DNA from: an uncultured Thermoanaerobaculia bacterium
GTDB lineage: Bacteria; Acidobacteriota; Thermoanaerobaculia; Multivoradales; JAGPDF01
NCBI GenBank assembly: GCA_964618415.1
Contig: CAZUAT010000005.1
Location: 49-64,048 of the forward strand
Length of the DNA stretch: 64,000 nucleotides
Reading direction: 5' to 3'
Shown here in pieces: positions 39,434-49,752 of this stretch. Position 1 is the stretch's first letter; each line of letters begins with the position of its first letter. The position numbers and the translations under genes are program-made. The notes beneath the pieces were generated by a model. The model had not been told where the DNA came from. It saw nothing but the letters and a program-made list of their open reading frames with translations, and made no database searches.

Positions 39434-39518
39434 GAGATGAAACCTCACTGGGAGTTGCGGACGAACCAGGAAGGTCGAATGATACCAGACGGCCCCTTTG
39501 GGGACGGGCACGAACGCC

Positions 39519-40115
39519 TCAGCGGGCGCCGCCTGGCGGGCTCTCCAGGACACCGTGAAACAGCGTCGCGATGGCATTGAGCGTCGCCAGCTCGATCGCC
39601 GTGCGCCGACTGATCAGACCACCCGTGAGGCCCGCCAGCAGGCCGCCGGCCCGCCGCGTGCCCGGCGAGCGCGCCGCCGGCTCGTCCCCCACCGGCAGCA
39701 CGAGTTCGTCGGGCAGCTGAATCGCGCCGCTGGCGCCGGAGGCCTCGCCGCCGGGTCCGATCACCGAGGACCAGCCGCGCACGAACCACCGAGTGCGTCC
39801 GGCCACTTCGAGCGGCGCGCTGCAGAACCGGACGGCGACGTAGAAGTGATAGGTGCCGGGCAGGCGCTCCTCCATGCGCCGCGCCTCCTCGCGCGACTCG
39901 GCGACCGCCTGCTCGTCGGTGACGGCCAGACCGCGGGCCGGCGCCGCGATCTCCTGCGGCACGACCGCCACCGGAACGGGCCGATCGAGACCGTCGTGGA
40001 AGAAGCGGCGGAAGGCGTCGCGGACTCCGAACAGCGGCTCGGGCTGGGTGCCGGCCACGCAGACTTCGATGCCCCGCTGGTATCCTCCGAGGAACTCCCT
40101 GAGCGTGCGCGCCAT
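39519..40115 (-). CDS. Putative DUF84-type NTPase (inosine/xanthosine triphosphatase-like); tentative
   Basis: About 198 aa from the Met at 40115. The layout (VCVAGT.P.K...V..AF, mid-protein acidic region, C-terminal GG..G.LTGG..SR......A) loosely resembles YjjX/DUF84. No search was done. Confidence 0.35.
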   Translation of the reverse strand: MARTLREFLGGYQRGIEVCVAGTQPEPLFGVRDAFRRFFHDGLDRPVPVAVVPQEIAAPARGLAVTDEQAVAESREEARRMEERLPGTYHFYVAVRFCSAPLEVAGRTRWFVRGWSSVIGPGGEASGASGAIQLPDELVLPVGDEPAARSPGTRRAGGLLAGLTGGLISRRTAIELATLNAIATLFHGVLESPPGGAR

Positions 40116-40163
40116 GTCCGCCGGATGCCAGTCGCTGGAGGGTTGTCGGGAGGTCGGGCCGCA

Positions 40164-40964
40164 GTGATCGCGAGTCGCAACAACGAGACGCTGAAGGCTA
40201 TCCGCCGCCTCCGGCGAAGGCAAGGCGAGGAAGCTGTTCTCGACGGCCCGCATCTGCTTGCAGCGGCCCTCGACGCCGGGCTTTCCCTGCAGTCCGTCCT
40301 GGTCTCCCCCGCCTTTCGTGCCGACCCGGCGCGCGCCGCATTGCTGGCCCGCTTGTCGCGGCCCCCTCTCGAAGTCGAGGCGGAGCTGCTGGCCTCGGTC
40401 GCCGATGCCGACTCCCCGCGCGGCTGTCTGGCGGTGGTCCGCCTGCCACGCGGCGGCGCTGCGACGCTGCCGACCCCGGTGCAGGGGATCCACCTCTACC
40501 TCGACGGCGTGCAGGACCCCGGCAACCTCGGCGCGCTCGCACGGGTGGCGGAGGCGCTCGGGGCCCGCTCGCTGGTGCTTGCCCCCGGCTGCGCCCACCC
40601 GAATCACCCGCGCGCGCTGCGCGGCTCGGCCGGCAGCCTGCTGCGGCTTCCGGTAGCGGTCTCAACCACTCCGGACCAGTTCGACGCGCAGTGCGGCCAA
40701 ACGCGTCGGCCGCTCTGGATCGCGCTGGCGGCCCATGGCGGACAGAGTGCGCCGGAGCTGCCCGACGGTCGCCCCGTGGTTCTCGCGGCGGGTGCGGAAG
40801 GCCCGGGCCTGTCGGCGGCCGTGATGGCGCGCGCCGACGCGATCTGGACCCTGCCGCTCGCGGCTCCGGTCGAATCGCTCAACGTCGCCGTCGCCACCGC
40901 GATCGCGCTCTGGGAGCTGAACCGGCGGACAGACCCCGGGGGTACTGCTACGATTTCAGGGTGA
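40164..40964 (+). CDS. TrmH/SpoU-family RNA 2'-O-methyltransferase
   Basis: The SpoU motifs are present: LDGVQDPGNLGALARVAEALGA, GAEG.GLS and ESLNVAVATAIALWE. Confidence 0.8.
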   Translation: MIASRNNETLKAIRRLRRRQGEEAVLDGPHLLAAALDAGLSLQSVLVSPAFRADPARAALLARLSRPPLEVEAELLASVADADSPRGCLAVVRLPRGGAATLPTPVQGIHLYLDGVQDPGNLGALARVAEALGARSLVLAPGCAHPNHPRALRGSAGSLLRLPVAVSTTPDQFDAQCGQTRRPLWIALAAHGGQSAPELPDGRPVVLAAGAEGPGLSAAVMARADAIWTLPLAAPVESLNVAVATAIALWELNRRTDPGGTATISG

Positions 40965-42460
40965 TCGAGCAGCTGCCTGTACCCCGCTCCCGCCATCTGC
41001 GTACCGCATCCTGGGCGCCGGTCCTCGTCGCGCTCGCGCTGACCGCCTGTCAGGGCGACTCGCGGCGCGCCTCCGAGCGGCCGTCCACCCCGGCTCAGCG
41101 TCCGAACATCCTGCTGCTGACTGTCGATACGCTGCGCGCCGACCATCTGTCGGCGTGGGGCAATCCGCGTCCAACCTCGCCGATTCTCGACCGGATGGCG
41201 GCCGAGGGCGTGCGGATGGCATCGGCGCGGGTGCACCGTCCGAAGACGACCGCGTCGTTCACGACGATGTTCACCGGCGGCTTCTGCGGCGACCACCAGG
41301 TGCGCAAGATCGGCGAGCCGGCCTCCTGCAATCTGGACTTTCTCGCCGAGGAACTGCGCAAGCTCGGCTACCAGACGCACGCCGTGGTGGCCAATGCCGC
41401 CCTGGCGCGCGAGTTCCGGTTCGACCAGGGGTTCGACACCTACATCGAGACCTGGAAGGTGGAGCCGAAGACGCCGGGCACCGACTCCACCGCCGCCCGT
41501 GCGGTGTCCGACCTGGCGACCGCGCTGGTCGACTCGCTGAGCACCGACAAGCCGTTCTTCCTGTGGGTCCACTACGTGGATCCGCACGAGCCATACACGC
41601 CGGAGGGCGAGTTCCGCGATCTCTACCAGGGCGACGAGCACAGCGGCGCTGCGGTCTCGGTGCCGCTCTCGCGCCACGAGCACCGCCAGAGCTTCGGTGC
41701 CATCGCGCGCAAACAACTGGTCGACGAGCGCACCGACCTGCCGTTCTACGTCGCCCGTTACGACGCCGAGACGCGCTACGCCGACCAGGAAATCGACCGG
41801 CTGCTCGAGTCGCTGCGCCGGCGCGGCTTTTACGATTCGATGCTGACCGTGATGACTTCCGACCACGGCGAGTCGCTCGGCGAGCACAACTACTGGTTCG
41901 ACCACGGCATGTTCGGGTTCCAGACCTGCCTGCACGTGCCGCTGATCTTCCGCTACCCCGGAGCCCTGGCGCCGCGAGTCGACGACGATCCGGTCAGCCT
42001 GGTGGATCTCGGTCCGACGATCCTCGCCTTTGCCGGCCGTCCCCTGCGGGACGGCACCTGGGTACGAGGCCGCAGCCTGATCCCGCGCCTGCGCGGCGAG
42101 GCCTCCGCACCGGACGCGATCACCTTTTCAGAGGGCGGCTACTCGCGCAGCCAGAACTGGGTGCACGTCGCGGCCGATCGGCGGTTCGCGCTCCACCACC
42201 TGCTGGGCAGCTTCGATGGCAAGCGGGTGGCTGGCCGCGAGAAAGCCGAATACGCGCTGTTCGACCTGCAGAGCGACCCCGGCGAAACCGTCGACGTGGC
42301 CGACCGATTCCCCGACGACTTCGCCCGCCTGAAGGCGGCGCTCGACGCGTGGGAGGCTCTCGAACCGCTGCCGCTCACGCGCGGCAACGACGAGTGCGAG
42401 GACCAGCGCGAGGTCGAGCAGCACACCCTGGATCAGCTCGAGACCCTCGGCTATACGTGA
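40961..42460 (+). CDS. Sulfatase-like hydrolase/transferase lipoprotein (alkaline-phosphatase superfamily)
   Basis: Lipobox LALTAC. NILLLTVDTLRADHL is the metal-binding N-terminal motif. Also ...SDHGESLGEHNYWFDHG. GTGA overlap with the methyltransferase gene. Confidence 0.8.
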   Translation: MIEQLPVPRSRHLRTASWAPVLVALALTACQGDSRRASERPSTPAQRPNILLLTVDTLRADHLSAWGNPRPTSPILDRMAAEGVRMASARVHRPKTTASFTTMFTGGFCGDHQVRKIGEPASCNLDFLAEELRKLGYQTHAVVANAALAREFRFDQGFDTYIETWKVEPKTPGTDSTAARAVSDLATALVDSLSTDKPFFLWVHYVDPHEPYTPEGEFRDLYQGDEHSGAAVSVPLSRHEHRQSFGAIARKQLVDERTDLPFYVARYDAETRYADQEIDRLLESLRRRGFYDSMLTVMTSDHGESLGEHNYWFDHGMFGFQTCLHVPLIFRYPGALAPRVDDDPVSLVDLGPTILAFAGRPLRDGTWVRGRSLIPRLRGEASAPDAITFSEGGYSRSQNWVHVAADRRFALHHLLGSFDGKRVAGREKAEYALFDLQSDPGETVDVADRFPDDFARLKAALDAWEALEPLPLTRGNDECEDQREVEQHTLDQLETLGYT

Positions 42461-42487
42461 CGACCCCGGGCCGGAGCCCGGGGTCGT
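42460..42487. terminator. Perfect 12-bp GC hairpin between the convergent sulfatase-like gene and etfA
   Basis: acgaccccgggc-cgga-gcccggggtcgt was read directly. There is no flanking U-tract on either strand. Confidence 0.4.
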
Positions 42488-42536
42488 TGGTGCGCCGAAA
42501 GCCGTTCAGACGGTTGCCCGCCTCCCCCGGCTCCTA

Positions 42537-43517
42537 CTACCCCTTCAGTTCGGTGATCGCAGCGGCGAGGGCCGGCACGATCTCGTGCAGGTCGCCGACG
42601 ATGCCGTAGTGAGCGACCTTGAAGATCGGCGCGCCGGCGTCCTTGTTGATGGCGACGATTACCGACGATCCCTTCATGCCGACCAGGTGCTGGATCGCAC
42701 CCGAGATTCCGATCGCCAGGTAGAGCTTCGGAGTCACGGTCTGCCCGCTCGAACCGATCTGGCGGTCGCGCGGCAGCCAGCCACTGTCGATCACCGGCCG
42801 ACTGGCCCCGATCTCGGCGCCGAGCAGCTTGGCCAGCGCCTCGACGGCGCCCATCCTGTCGGCCCCGCCGACTCCCCGGCCGACGGCGACGATCACCTCG
42901 GCCTTGCCGAGATCGACCGTGTCGGCCGCCGCCTGCTCGGTACCGAGGATCTCGCGGTCGGCCTGCACGGCCACCAGGTCGACCTCGAGCGGTGTCACCG
43001 GAGCACTGCCGGCGGCGCAGCCGTCGGCCGGAAAGGCGCCCGATTGCAGCGTCACCAGCGCCGGACCGGACCCCCTGAGCCGCACTCGCGCGGTCAGCTT
43101 GCCCTCCAGCACCGGGCGCCGGAAAACCAGGCCGTCGGCGCCGTCTTCGAAACCGACCGCTTCCGGCAGATGCGCCGCGTCGAGCGCGCGGGCCAGCGCC
43201 GGGACGAACTCGCACGACTGATAGGTGTGCGGAAACAGGACGAACTCCGGCTGCGCGGCCGCGAGCGCCGGCAGCAGCGCCGCCGTCCAGGCCCCAGGCG
43301 TGTACCCGGCGAGCACTGGCGCGTCCGCGACCCGCACCGCCTCGAGGTCCCAGCCAGCCGCTTCAGCGGCCAGTCCATCGACACCGCTGCCCAGCAGCAC
43401 CGCAGTCGCCTTGGCACCGCTGCGCGCGGCCAGCCGCTGCGCCGCGGCCACCGCCTCGCGCGACATGCGATGGAACTTGCCGTCGCGATGCTGCAGGACT
43501 ACCCAAACGCCGGCCAT
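42537..43517 (-). CDS. etfA: Electron transfer flavoprotein subunit alpha
   Basis: The C-terminal FAD-binding signature is present: VAVGRGVG......LA..LGA..GASR..VD.GW......[19 protein letters not shown]. Confidence 0.9.
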   Translation of the reverse strand: MAGVWVVLQHRDGKFHRMSREAVAAAQRLAARSGAKATAVLLGSGVDGLAAEAAGWDLEAVRVADAPVLAGYTPGAWTAALLPALAAAQPEFVLFPHTYQSCEFVPALARALDAAHLPEAVGFEDGADGLVFRRPVLEGKLTARVRLRGSGPALVTLQSGAFPADGCAAGSAPVTPLEVDLVAVQADREILGTEQAAADTVDLGKAEVIVAVGRGVGGADRMGAVEALAKLLGAEIGASRPVIDSGWLPRDRQIGSSGQTVTPKLYLAIGISGAIQHLVGMKGSSVIVAINKDAGAPIFKVAHYGIVGDLHEIVPALAAAITELKG

Positions 43518-44317
43518 CAGAACACCCTCGCTTCCGACCGCAGCTTGCCGGCCAGTTCCCGCGCCGCCGTCGCCGGATCGCCTTCGAAGATCTGGGCGCC
43601 AGCCCCCGCCTCCGGGAAGGCGACCGAGAGGACTTCGATCCGCGCTGCCGCGGCGCCCACGTGCTCCGGCGCCAGCCCGATGTCGGCCGGCGCGACGCTG
43701 GCGATCTCCTTCTTCTTGGCCGCCATGATTCCCTTGAGTGACGCGTAACGCGGCTGATGAATGCCCGCCTGGACTTCCACCACCGCGGGGGTGGGCAGGC
43801 GCAGGATCTCGTTGACTCCGCTCTCCATCTCCCTCACCACGCGCAGCGCTCCGCCCCCGGCGTCCGGCTCGATCCCCATCACCAGCCAGGCGTGGGGCCA
43901 GCCCAGGTGGCCGGCGATCACCGTCCCGGTGGCCCCGAACCCGCTGTCACTCGACTGCGAACCGGTCAGCACGAGGTCGAACGACTCCCGGGCGATGGCC
44001 GCCGCCAGCGCACGGCCGGTCGCCGCGGCATCGCCGCCCTGGAATGCGGGATCGGCCAGGTGCACGGCGCGCGCGGCACCGAGAGCCAGCGTCTTGCGCA
44101 GCGCCTCGCGGACCCGGTCCGGGCCGAGGCTGAACACGACCACTTCAGATCCGTCGCCGGCGCCCTCAGCCAGGCGCAGCGCCGCCTCGAGTGCGCACTC
44201 GTCGCTCTCGTTGATGACGAACGGCAGGTCCTCCTCGTCGATCCACCGACCGTCGCGAGCGATCCGCAACCGCGAGCCGGTGTCCGGGACCTGTTTGACG
44301 CATACCGCGATCTTCAT
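43517..44317 (-). CDS. etfB: Electron transfer flavoprotein subunit beta
   Basis: MKIAVCVKQVPD......I........N..DE.ALE.ALRL... Confidence 0.9.
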   Translation of the reverse strand: MKIAVCVKQVPDTGSRLRIARDGRWIDEEDLPFVINESDECALEAALRLAEGAGDGSEVVVFSLGPDRVREALRKTLALGAARAVHLADPAFQGGDAAATGRALAAAIARESFDLVLTGSQSSDSGFGATGTVIAGHLGWPHAWLVMGIEPDAGGGALRVVREMESGVNEILRLPTPAVVEVQAGIHQPRYASLKGIMAAKKKEIASVAPADIGLAPEHVGAAAARIEVLSVAFPEAGAGAQIFEGDPATAARELAGKLRSEARVF

Positions 44318-44470
44318 CCTGCACTTCCCCTTTCCGATCCCCGAAACTTAGGATGCCGCCCCGACCCGAGTCAACGGCGCGCGACCCCGTCGGATCGCTC
44401 GCAGGCGCAACATGTGCATGGACACCCGCCGGAGGCGCATGCTACGTTTCGCCGACTCGCGAGGATCCGA

Positions 44471-45199
44471 ATGCTCGAGCCCGTCACACCCATCCTGACT
44501 TCAGCGACGACGCTTCCCGGGGGCGGAATCCTCAGGGCTTTTCTCGATTCGGGCCCGATGGCGCTCGTCGTGTTCGGGTCGCTCGCCTTTCTTTCGGTCG
44601 GCTCGTGGGCGATCCTGCTCTGGAAGTTGCTGTTCCTGCGCCGGGCGCGCGGACACAGCCGCCGTTTCCTCGAGACCTTTCGCAACAGCAAGCGCTTCAA
44701 CGAAGTCAGCGCCGCGACTGCACGGGTGGCGACCTCGCCCCTGGTCGGTGTTTTCCAGGCCGGCTACGCGGAGATCGACGGCCAGATCCGCGCCCAGGCC
44801 GACGACCCGGCCGCCGAGAAGGGGCGATATCGGATCCGCTCCCTGGCAGGAGTAGAGCGCTCGCTGCGCCGCGCCATCGCCGTGGAGATGCAGACCATCG
44901 TGCGCGGCGCGTCGTTCCTGGCCACCACCGCCGCTTCCGCGCCGTTCATCGGCCTGTTTGGCACGGTGTGGGGGATCATGCGGGCGTTCGAGGACATCGG
45001 GCGGACCGGCTCGACCTCGCTGGTCGCCGTAGCGCCCGGTATCGCCGAGGCGCTGGTCAATACCGCGGCCGGCCTCGCGGCCGCCATCCCGGCGCTGATC
45101 GGCTACAACTACCTCGGCGGGCAGTTCAAGCGGCTGCGAGCGTTGATGGAGGATTTCGCGCTCGAGTTCATGAACCTTTCCGAGCGCAACTTCACCTGA
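44471..45199 (+). CDS. tolQ: Tol-Pal system protein TolQ (MotA/TolQ/ExbB proton channel)
   Basis: Three TM segments. The signature LATTAASAPFIGLFGTVWGIM.AF and the VAPGIAEAL..TA.GL..AIPA motif are present. It heads the tol-pal cluster. Confidence 0.85.
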   Translation: MLEPVTPILTSATTLPGGGILRAFLDSGPMALVVFGSLAFLSVGSWAILLWKLLFLRRARGHSRRFLETFRNSKRFNEVSAATARVATSPLVGVFQAGYAEIDGQIRAQADDPAAEKGRYRIRSLAGVERSLRRAIAVEMQTIVRGASFLATTAASAPFIGLFGTVWGIMRAFEDIGRTGSTSLVAVAPGIAEALVNTAAGLAAAIPALIGYNYLGGQFKRLRALMEDFALEFMNLSERNFT

Positions 45200-45203
45200 G
45201 CCG

Positions 45204-45638
45204 ATGTCGTTCCTGGTCGGCGGTGACGACGAGGAAGTACTCTCCGACATCAACATCACGCCGCTCGTCGACGTGATGCTGGTGCTGCTGATCATCTTCA
45301 TGATCACCGCGCCGATGCTGCATCAGGGAATCGAGGTGGCGCTACCGCGCTCGGAGGCGCCGGCCATCCCGAATCGCGCCTCCGACCCGATTGTCCTGTC
45401 GATCAACCGGGACGGCCTCATCTACCTGCGCGACCAGCCGGTCCACCCCACCAAGCTGATCGAGGTCCTGACACCGGTGCTTCGCGGTCGTACCGACGAG
45501 ACGGTCTTTCTCAAGGGCGACCGGGACGTGCCGTACGGGCGCGTGATCGAAGTCCTCGACACGCTTCACCGCGGCGGCATCGTGAAGGTGGGTATGGTCA
45601 CCGAGCGCCCCGACCCGGTTCCGCGCGCGCGGCGCTGA
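45204..45638 (+). CDS. tolR: Tol-Pal system protein TolR (ExbD/TolR family)
   Basis: INITPLVDVMLVLLIIFMITAP, followed by the periplasmic domain ...V.L.GD..V.YG.V..V. Confidence 0.85.
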   Translation: MSFLVGGDDEEVLSDINITPLVDVMLVLLIIFMITAPMLHQGIEVALPRSEAPAIPNRASDPIVLSINRDGLIYLRDQPVHPTKLIEVLTPVLRGRTDETVFLKGDRDVPYGRVIEVLDTLHRGGIVKVGMVTERPDPVPRARR

Positions 45639-45641
45639 GCG

Positions 45642-46379
45642 ATGAGCGACGCCGTCTCGACACTGCTCGACCGCCGTCGCGAAGGGGCGGGGCGGCGCGC
45701 GCTGGGCCGGGCCACCGGGCTGGCTCTGGCGCTGCACCTGCTCGTTGCCACCGCCGCTCTCGTGCTGCCGAGCCTGCTCGCCAAGCCGGTCGAGCCGCCG
45801 CGCTACGTGGCGGTCCAGATCGTGCCGGCGGCGCGGCTGGGCGTCGAGAATCCCAGGCCGGCACCCCGTCCGCCCAAGCCGACCCGCCCCGAACCGGTCC
45901 CGGAGACGCCGAAGGTCTCCGAACAGGCCCCGGTCCTGGAGGACCGGAAGGCGAAGCCGGCGCCGCAGCCTCCGGCTCCGACGCCCGAGCCCCAGAGCGC
46001 TCCGTCCCCGGCGGCCGAGCCGGATACCCCGCCCGAGGTGCAGGGGCGGCAGGACGGCAATGCCAGCGGCCTCTCGCTCGGCGCCGCGGTCGCGGGTTTC
46101 GACAATCCGGACTTCACCTACGGCTACTACGTCGACCAGATGCTCGCCAAGATCTCGGACAACTGGGTCCGTCCGCCCGTCGGCTCGGGCGTCGAGGCCC
46201 GGCTCCACTTCAACATCGAGCGCGACGGCAGGATTACTGATCTGAGAATCGCCGAATCGTCGGGTATCAACGGATTCGATCTCGCCGCGCTGCGCGCCGT
46301 ACAATCGGCCTCCCCGCTGCCGCCGTTGCCTCGCGCCTTTCGCGAGCCGACGCTGGGAGTCAACCTGATCGTTCGCTGA
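45642..46379 (+). CDS. TolA-position protein with a TonB-type C-terminal domain
   Basis: TM anchor, a Pro-rich spacer (PRPAPRPPKPTRPEPVPETPK...), and a TonB_C-like end (Y...I...W..P.......F.I.RDG.I....I..SSG....D.AAL.AV....PLPPLP). Confidence 0.7.
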   Translation: MSDAVSTLLDRRREGAGRRALGRATGLALALHLLVATAALVLPSLLAKPVEPPRYVAVQIVPAARLGVENPRPAPRPPKPTRPEPVPETPKVSEQAPVLEDRKAKPAPQPPAPTPEPQSAPSPAAEPDTPPEVQGRQDGNASGLSLGAAVAGFDNPDFTYGYYVDQMLAKISDNWVRPPVGSGVEARLHFNIERDGRITDLRIAESSGINGFDLAALRAVQSASPLPPLPRAFREPTLGVNLIVR

Positions 46380-46402
46380 TCGTTCGCTGAAGGAGTTTCG
46401 AC

Positions 46403-47800
46403 TTGAACCACCGACCCGTCCCGGTCCGCGTGCTTGCCGCCGTCCCCCTGCTCCTGCTGCTGGCCGGAGGCGCCGGAGGCCAGAGCGCCACTGCCCAGGC
46501 CCCTGCCCCGCAGCCGCCGGGTGCTCCCGCGGACCTGCCGCCGGCCGCCGGCCAGGGAATCACGGTCGTGCTCGACAAGGGCAGCGAGGTGCCGGTCATC
46601 GGGCTGGCCATTCCGGCTCTGCCCGGCCTCTCGGCGCTCACCGGCACGGCCGCGAACGCGGCCCGGGAGCTCGACCAGACGCTGCGGCGCGACCTCGAGC
46701 GGACGGGCGTCTTCCAGATCCTCGGACCCGACGAGCTGAGCGTCCTCACGGTGACCGGCGATCTGGAGCGGGACGCCGATCAGTACCGGTCGCTGGGCGC
46801 TGCCATGCTGCTGCAGCACGAGGTCCGCGTCGAAGGGGACCGCCTCGTCCTCGAGGGGCGCCTGATCGACCTGGCCAGCCGCCAGACGATCGTCGGCAAG
46901 CGTTACCGCGGGACATTCGACCTGGCGCGGCGGATCGCCCACACGCTGGCCGACGAGATCGTGCTCTTCCTGACCTCGCGCCGCGGCATCGCGCTCACCT
47001 CGATCGCCTTTGTTTCCGACCGCGACGGATCCAAGGAGATCTACCTGATGGATTACGACGGCCACGACCAGCGGCCGGTCACTGCCCACAAGTCGATCTC
47101 GATGAGCCCGGCGTGGGGCGGACCGGCCGACCAGCTCGCCTACGTCTCGTTCTTCGGCGGCCAGGGTCCGGCTCTCTATCTCGCCAACATCGCCACCGGG
47201 CGCAAGACGCCCCTGGTCACCGACGGCACTCTCAACGCCTCCCCGGCGGTCTCACCCGACGGACGGATGGTCGCATTCGCGCGCGCCGTGGGCGCCAACA
47301 TCGAGGTGTTCGTCTGTCAGCGCGACGGTTCGGGAGTGCGCCGCCTTACCAACTCCGGCGGCATCGACACCAACCCGGCCTGGAGCCCCTCCGGTCAGGA
47401 GATCGCCTTCACCTCGAGTCGCGCCGGTTCGCCGCAGATCTACGTCATGGATCGCGAGGGGACGAACGTCCGCCGCGTGACCTTCCAGGGCGACTACAAC
47501 GACGGCGCGTCGTGGAGCCCGGACGGGACCCGCCTGGCGTTCGCGACGCGGGCCGAGCGCAACAGGTTCGACATCGCAGTACTCGACCTGGTGACCCTGC
47601 AGAGCGTCCGTCTCACCTCCGGCGGCGGGTCCAACGAGGCGCCCTCGTTCTCCCCGGACGGGCGACGGATCGCCTTCCAGTCCACCCGCACCGGCACGCC
47701 CCAGATCTTCACCATCGAGGCGCGGGCCGGGGCGGAGGTGGAACAGCTCACGAGCGTCGGCGCCAACTCCTCTCCGGACTGGTCCGGCTATGCGCCGTGA
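46403..47800 (+). CDS. tolB: Tol-Pal system beta-propeller protein TolB
   Basis: TolB N-domain followed by repeated SP.WSPDG..IAF.S.R.G..QI propeller blades. Confidence 0.9.
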   Translation: MNHRPVPVRVLAAVPLLLLLAGGAGGQSATAQAPAPQPPGAPADLPPAAGQGITVVLDKGSEVPVIGLAIPALPGLSALTGTAANAARELDQTLRRDLERTGVFQILGPDELSVLTVTGDLERDADQYRSLGAAMLLQHEVRVEGDRLVLEGRLIDLASRQTIVGKRYRGTFDLARRIAHTLADEIVLFLTSRRGIALTSIAFVSDRDGSKEIYLMDYDGHDQRPVTAHKSISMSPAWGGPADQLAYVSFFGGQGPALYLANIATGRKTPLVTDGTLNASPAVSPDGRMVAFARAVGANIEVFVCQRDGSGVRRLTNSGGIDTNPAWSPSGQEIAFTSSRAGSPQIYVMDREGTNVRRVTFQGDYNDGASWSPDGTRLAFATRAERNRFDIAVLDLVTLQSVRLTSGGGSNEAPSFSPDGRRIAFQSTRTGTPQIFTIEARAGAEVEQLTSVGANSSPDWSGYAP

Positions 47801-47935
47801 CGCGGTCGCGCCGGCGCCGACAAACACCGCCAATCGTGACATCTGCCGTTGAGGATCGGAACGGAATTTGCTAACTTGACACCGCACGAACAACTCGGCG
47901 CACCGAGCGGTGTGCCTTTCGAAGGGGGATCACCC

Positions 47936-48517
47936 ATGACACTCGGAAACCGCCGCTGGATCGTCGCCCTGTGCGCCCTGGCGCTGATCGTCGTGCTGCC
48001 GGGCTGCAAGCAGAAGCCGAAGACGGCCGACCTCGATGCGAGCACGGTCACCACGCCGGCCGACCCGGCGACGGATGTCGATCCGCGCGCTCAGGCTGAA
48101 CCGATGGATGCGACTCCCGATCCGCTCGCCGGTGACATCGCCGCGGTCAACGAGTACCTGGCCGCCAACGGCCTGCTGGGCGACGTCTACTTCGACTTCG
48201 ATCGTTCCGACCTGCGCGAGGACTCGCGCGCCCGGCTGGCCCGCAACGCCGAGTGGCTGCGCGCTCACCCGGAATTCGAGGTCACGCTCGAGGGTCACTG
48301 TGACGAGCGCGGCACCAACGAGTACAACCTCGCCCTCGGCGAGCGCCGCGCGGCGGCCGCCAAGGACTACCTCACCTCACTGGGCGTGGCAGCATCGCGC
48401 CTCCGGACCCTCTCGTACGGCGAGGAGCGCCCGCAGTGCGCGGGGAGCGACGAGTCGTGCTGGTCGCGCAACCGCCGCGCTCACTTCCTGGTCACCGGAC
48501 GGACGAACGCCGGCTGA
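47936..48517 (+). CDS. pal: Peptidoglycan-associated lipoprotein Pal (OmpA family)
   Basis: Lipobox VLPGC and the OmpA_C domain (VYFDFDRSDLR...EGHCDERGTNEYNLALGERRA.A...L...G). Confidence 0.9.
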   Translation: MTLGNRRWIVALCALALIVVLPGCKQKPKTADLDASTVTTPADPATDVDPRAQAEPMDATPDPLAGDIAAVNEYLAANGLLGDVYFDFDRSDLREDSRARLARNAEWLRAHPEFEVTLEGHCDERGTNEYNLALGERRAAAAKDYLTSLGVAASRLRTLSYGEERPQCAGSDESCWSRNRRAHFLVTGRTNAG

Positions 48518-48549
48518 TCGAGTCGGCTCGAACATTTCCCGAGGATCCG

Positions 48550-49344
48550 ATGAACCGTCACCTCCTTTCTGCTCTGCTGCCGCTGGCACTCGTGACCGGT
48601 GGCTGCGTCTCGTCGTCCGACATCGACGAACTGCGCGCCCAGCTGGCGGAGATCCAGCGGCAGGTCCTGCAGATTCAGATGCAGACCTCGAGCAAGGAGG
48701 AGGTGGCGCATCTGAACGAGAGCCTGCGCGAGCAGACCGACAAGCTGCTGCGGGCCGAGGCAGATATGCGCGCCGATCTCGGATCCCTGTCGAGCCAGAT
48801 CTCGACGCTGCAGGGCCAGCTCGAGGACACGAACTATCGCCTCGGCCAGCTGTCGCAGCAGATCGCCTCGACCAATCAGGATCTGCGGGCGGTGCGCAGC
48901 GCCGCCCCGCCCGGTCCGGACGGCACCACTGCCCCGATCTCGGCGACCGATCCGGCGGCGCTCTACCAGACCTCCTACAGCGACTATCTGCGCGGCAACT
49001 ACGACCTCGCCCTGCTCGGCTTCCGCCAGTATCTCGAGGCGTTTCCGGACACGGACCTGGCCGATAACGCCTCGTACTGGATTGGCGAGTGCTACTACCG
49101 GCAGCAGAAGTACGCCGAGGCCATCGCCGAGTACGACCAGGTCTTCGCCCGCTGGCCGCGCAGCGACAAGACGGCGAGCGCCCTGCTCAAGAAGGGGTAC
49201 GCGCTGATCGAGCTCGGTCGCCGGGCGGACGGAGTGGCGCGGCTGCAGGAGGTGATTTCCACCTTCCCGAACTCGGACGAGGCCAACCTCGCCCGCCAGC
49301 GCCTCCAGAGCCTCGGGGTTGCGGCTCCGGCCGCGCGCCGCTAG
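48550..49344 (+). CDS. cpoB: Tol-Pal system protein CpoB/YbgF (coiled coil plus TPR)
   Basis: Signal/lipobox (VTGGC), an N-terminal coiled coil, and a C-terminal TPR (LYQTSYSDYLRGNYDLALLGFRQYLEAFPDTDLADNASYWIGECYY...). It occupies the last position of the tol-pal cluster. Confidence 0.8.
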   Translation: MNRHLLSALLPLALVTGGCVSSSDIDELRAQLAEIQRQVLQIQMQTSSKEEVAHLNESLREQTDKLLRAEADMRADLGSLSSQISTLQGQLEDTNYRLGQLSQQIASTNQDLRAVRSAAPPGPDGTTAPISATDPAALYQTSYSDYLRGNYDLALLGFRQYLEAFPDTDLADNASYWIGECYYRQQKYAEAIAEYDQVFARWPRSDKTASALLKKGYALIELGRRADGVARLQEVISTFPNSDEANLARQRLQSLGVAAPAARR

Positions 49345-49454
49345 AATTCCCGCTTCCTGCGCCTGGCCGCAAACGTCCGCTCCCCTGCGGGCGGCGGCGA
49401 CCACGGTCGAACCCGAACAGAGCGGCCCTGCGGGGACCGCAAGGAGTTTTTCAG

Positions 49455-49721
49455 ATGGCGAATTCCAAGTCGGCCAAGAAGCGCGCCGCCAAGTCAGCCC
49501 TGCAGCGGGAGAAGAACCGGGCTGCCCGCTCGACCATGCGCACCGCGGTCAAGAAGGTCCGCAAGGCGGTGGGACGCGGCGACCTGCAGGCGGCCGAAGC
49601 GCTCCTGCCCGCGGCGATCTCGGTCGTCGATCGCACGGCGCAGAAGGGCGTCGTCCACCGCAATACCGCGGCCCGGACGAAGTCCCGTCTCACCGCGGCC
49701 GTTCGCAAGGCCGCGCAGTAA
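49455..49721 (+). CDS. rpsT: 30S ribosomal protein S20
   Basis: MANSKSAKKRA....REKNRA.RS..RT.VKK...... Confidence 0.95.
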   Translation: MANSKSAKKRAAKSALQREKNRAARSTMRTAVKKVRKAVGRGDLQAAEALLPAAISVVDRTAQKGVVHRNTAARTKSRLTAAVRKAAQ

Positions 49722-49752
49722 TCCCCCGCAGCGACCTGGCCTGAGACCCAAG

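Noticed and set aside
39434-39518. A SAM riboswitch upstream of metK
   Set aside because: Only 85 nt separate metK from the upstream gene. That is too short for SAM-I, and no conserved SAM-riboswitch sequence blocks were recognisable.
39546-39561. A possible parS centromere site (cgtgaaaca half-site), and a second half-match around 39416-39431 (ttcacgtg)
   Set aside because: Only one half of the 16-bp palindrome TGTTNCACGTGAAACA matches (about 9-10 of 16 positions). Both lie in or at coding sequence 7 kb from parAB, so they are not convincing parS sites.
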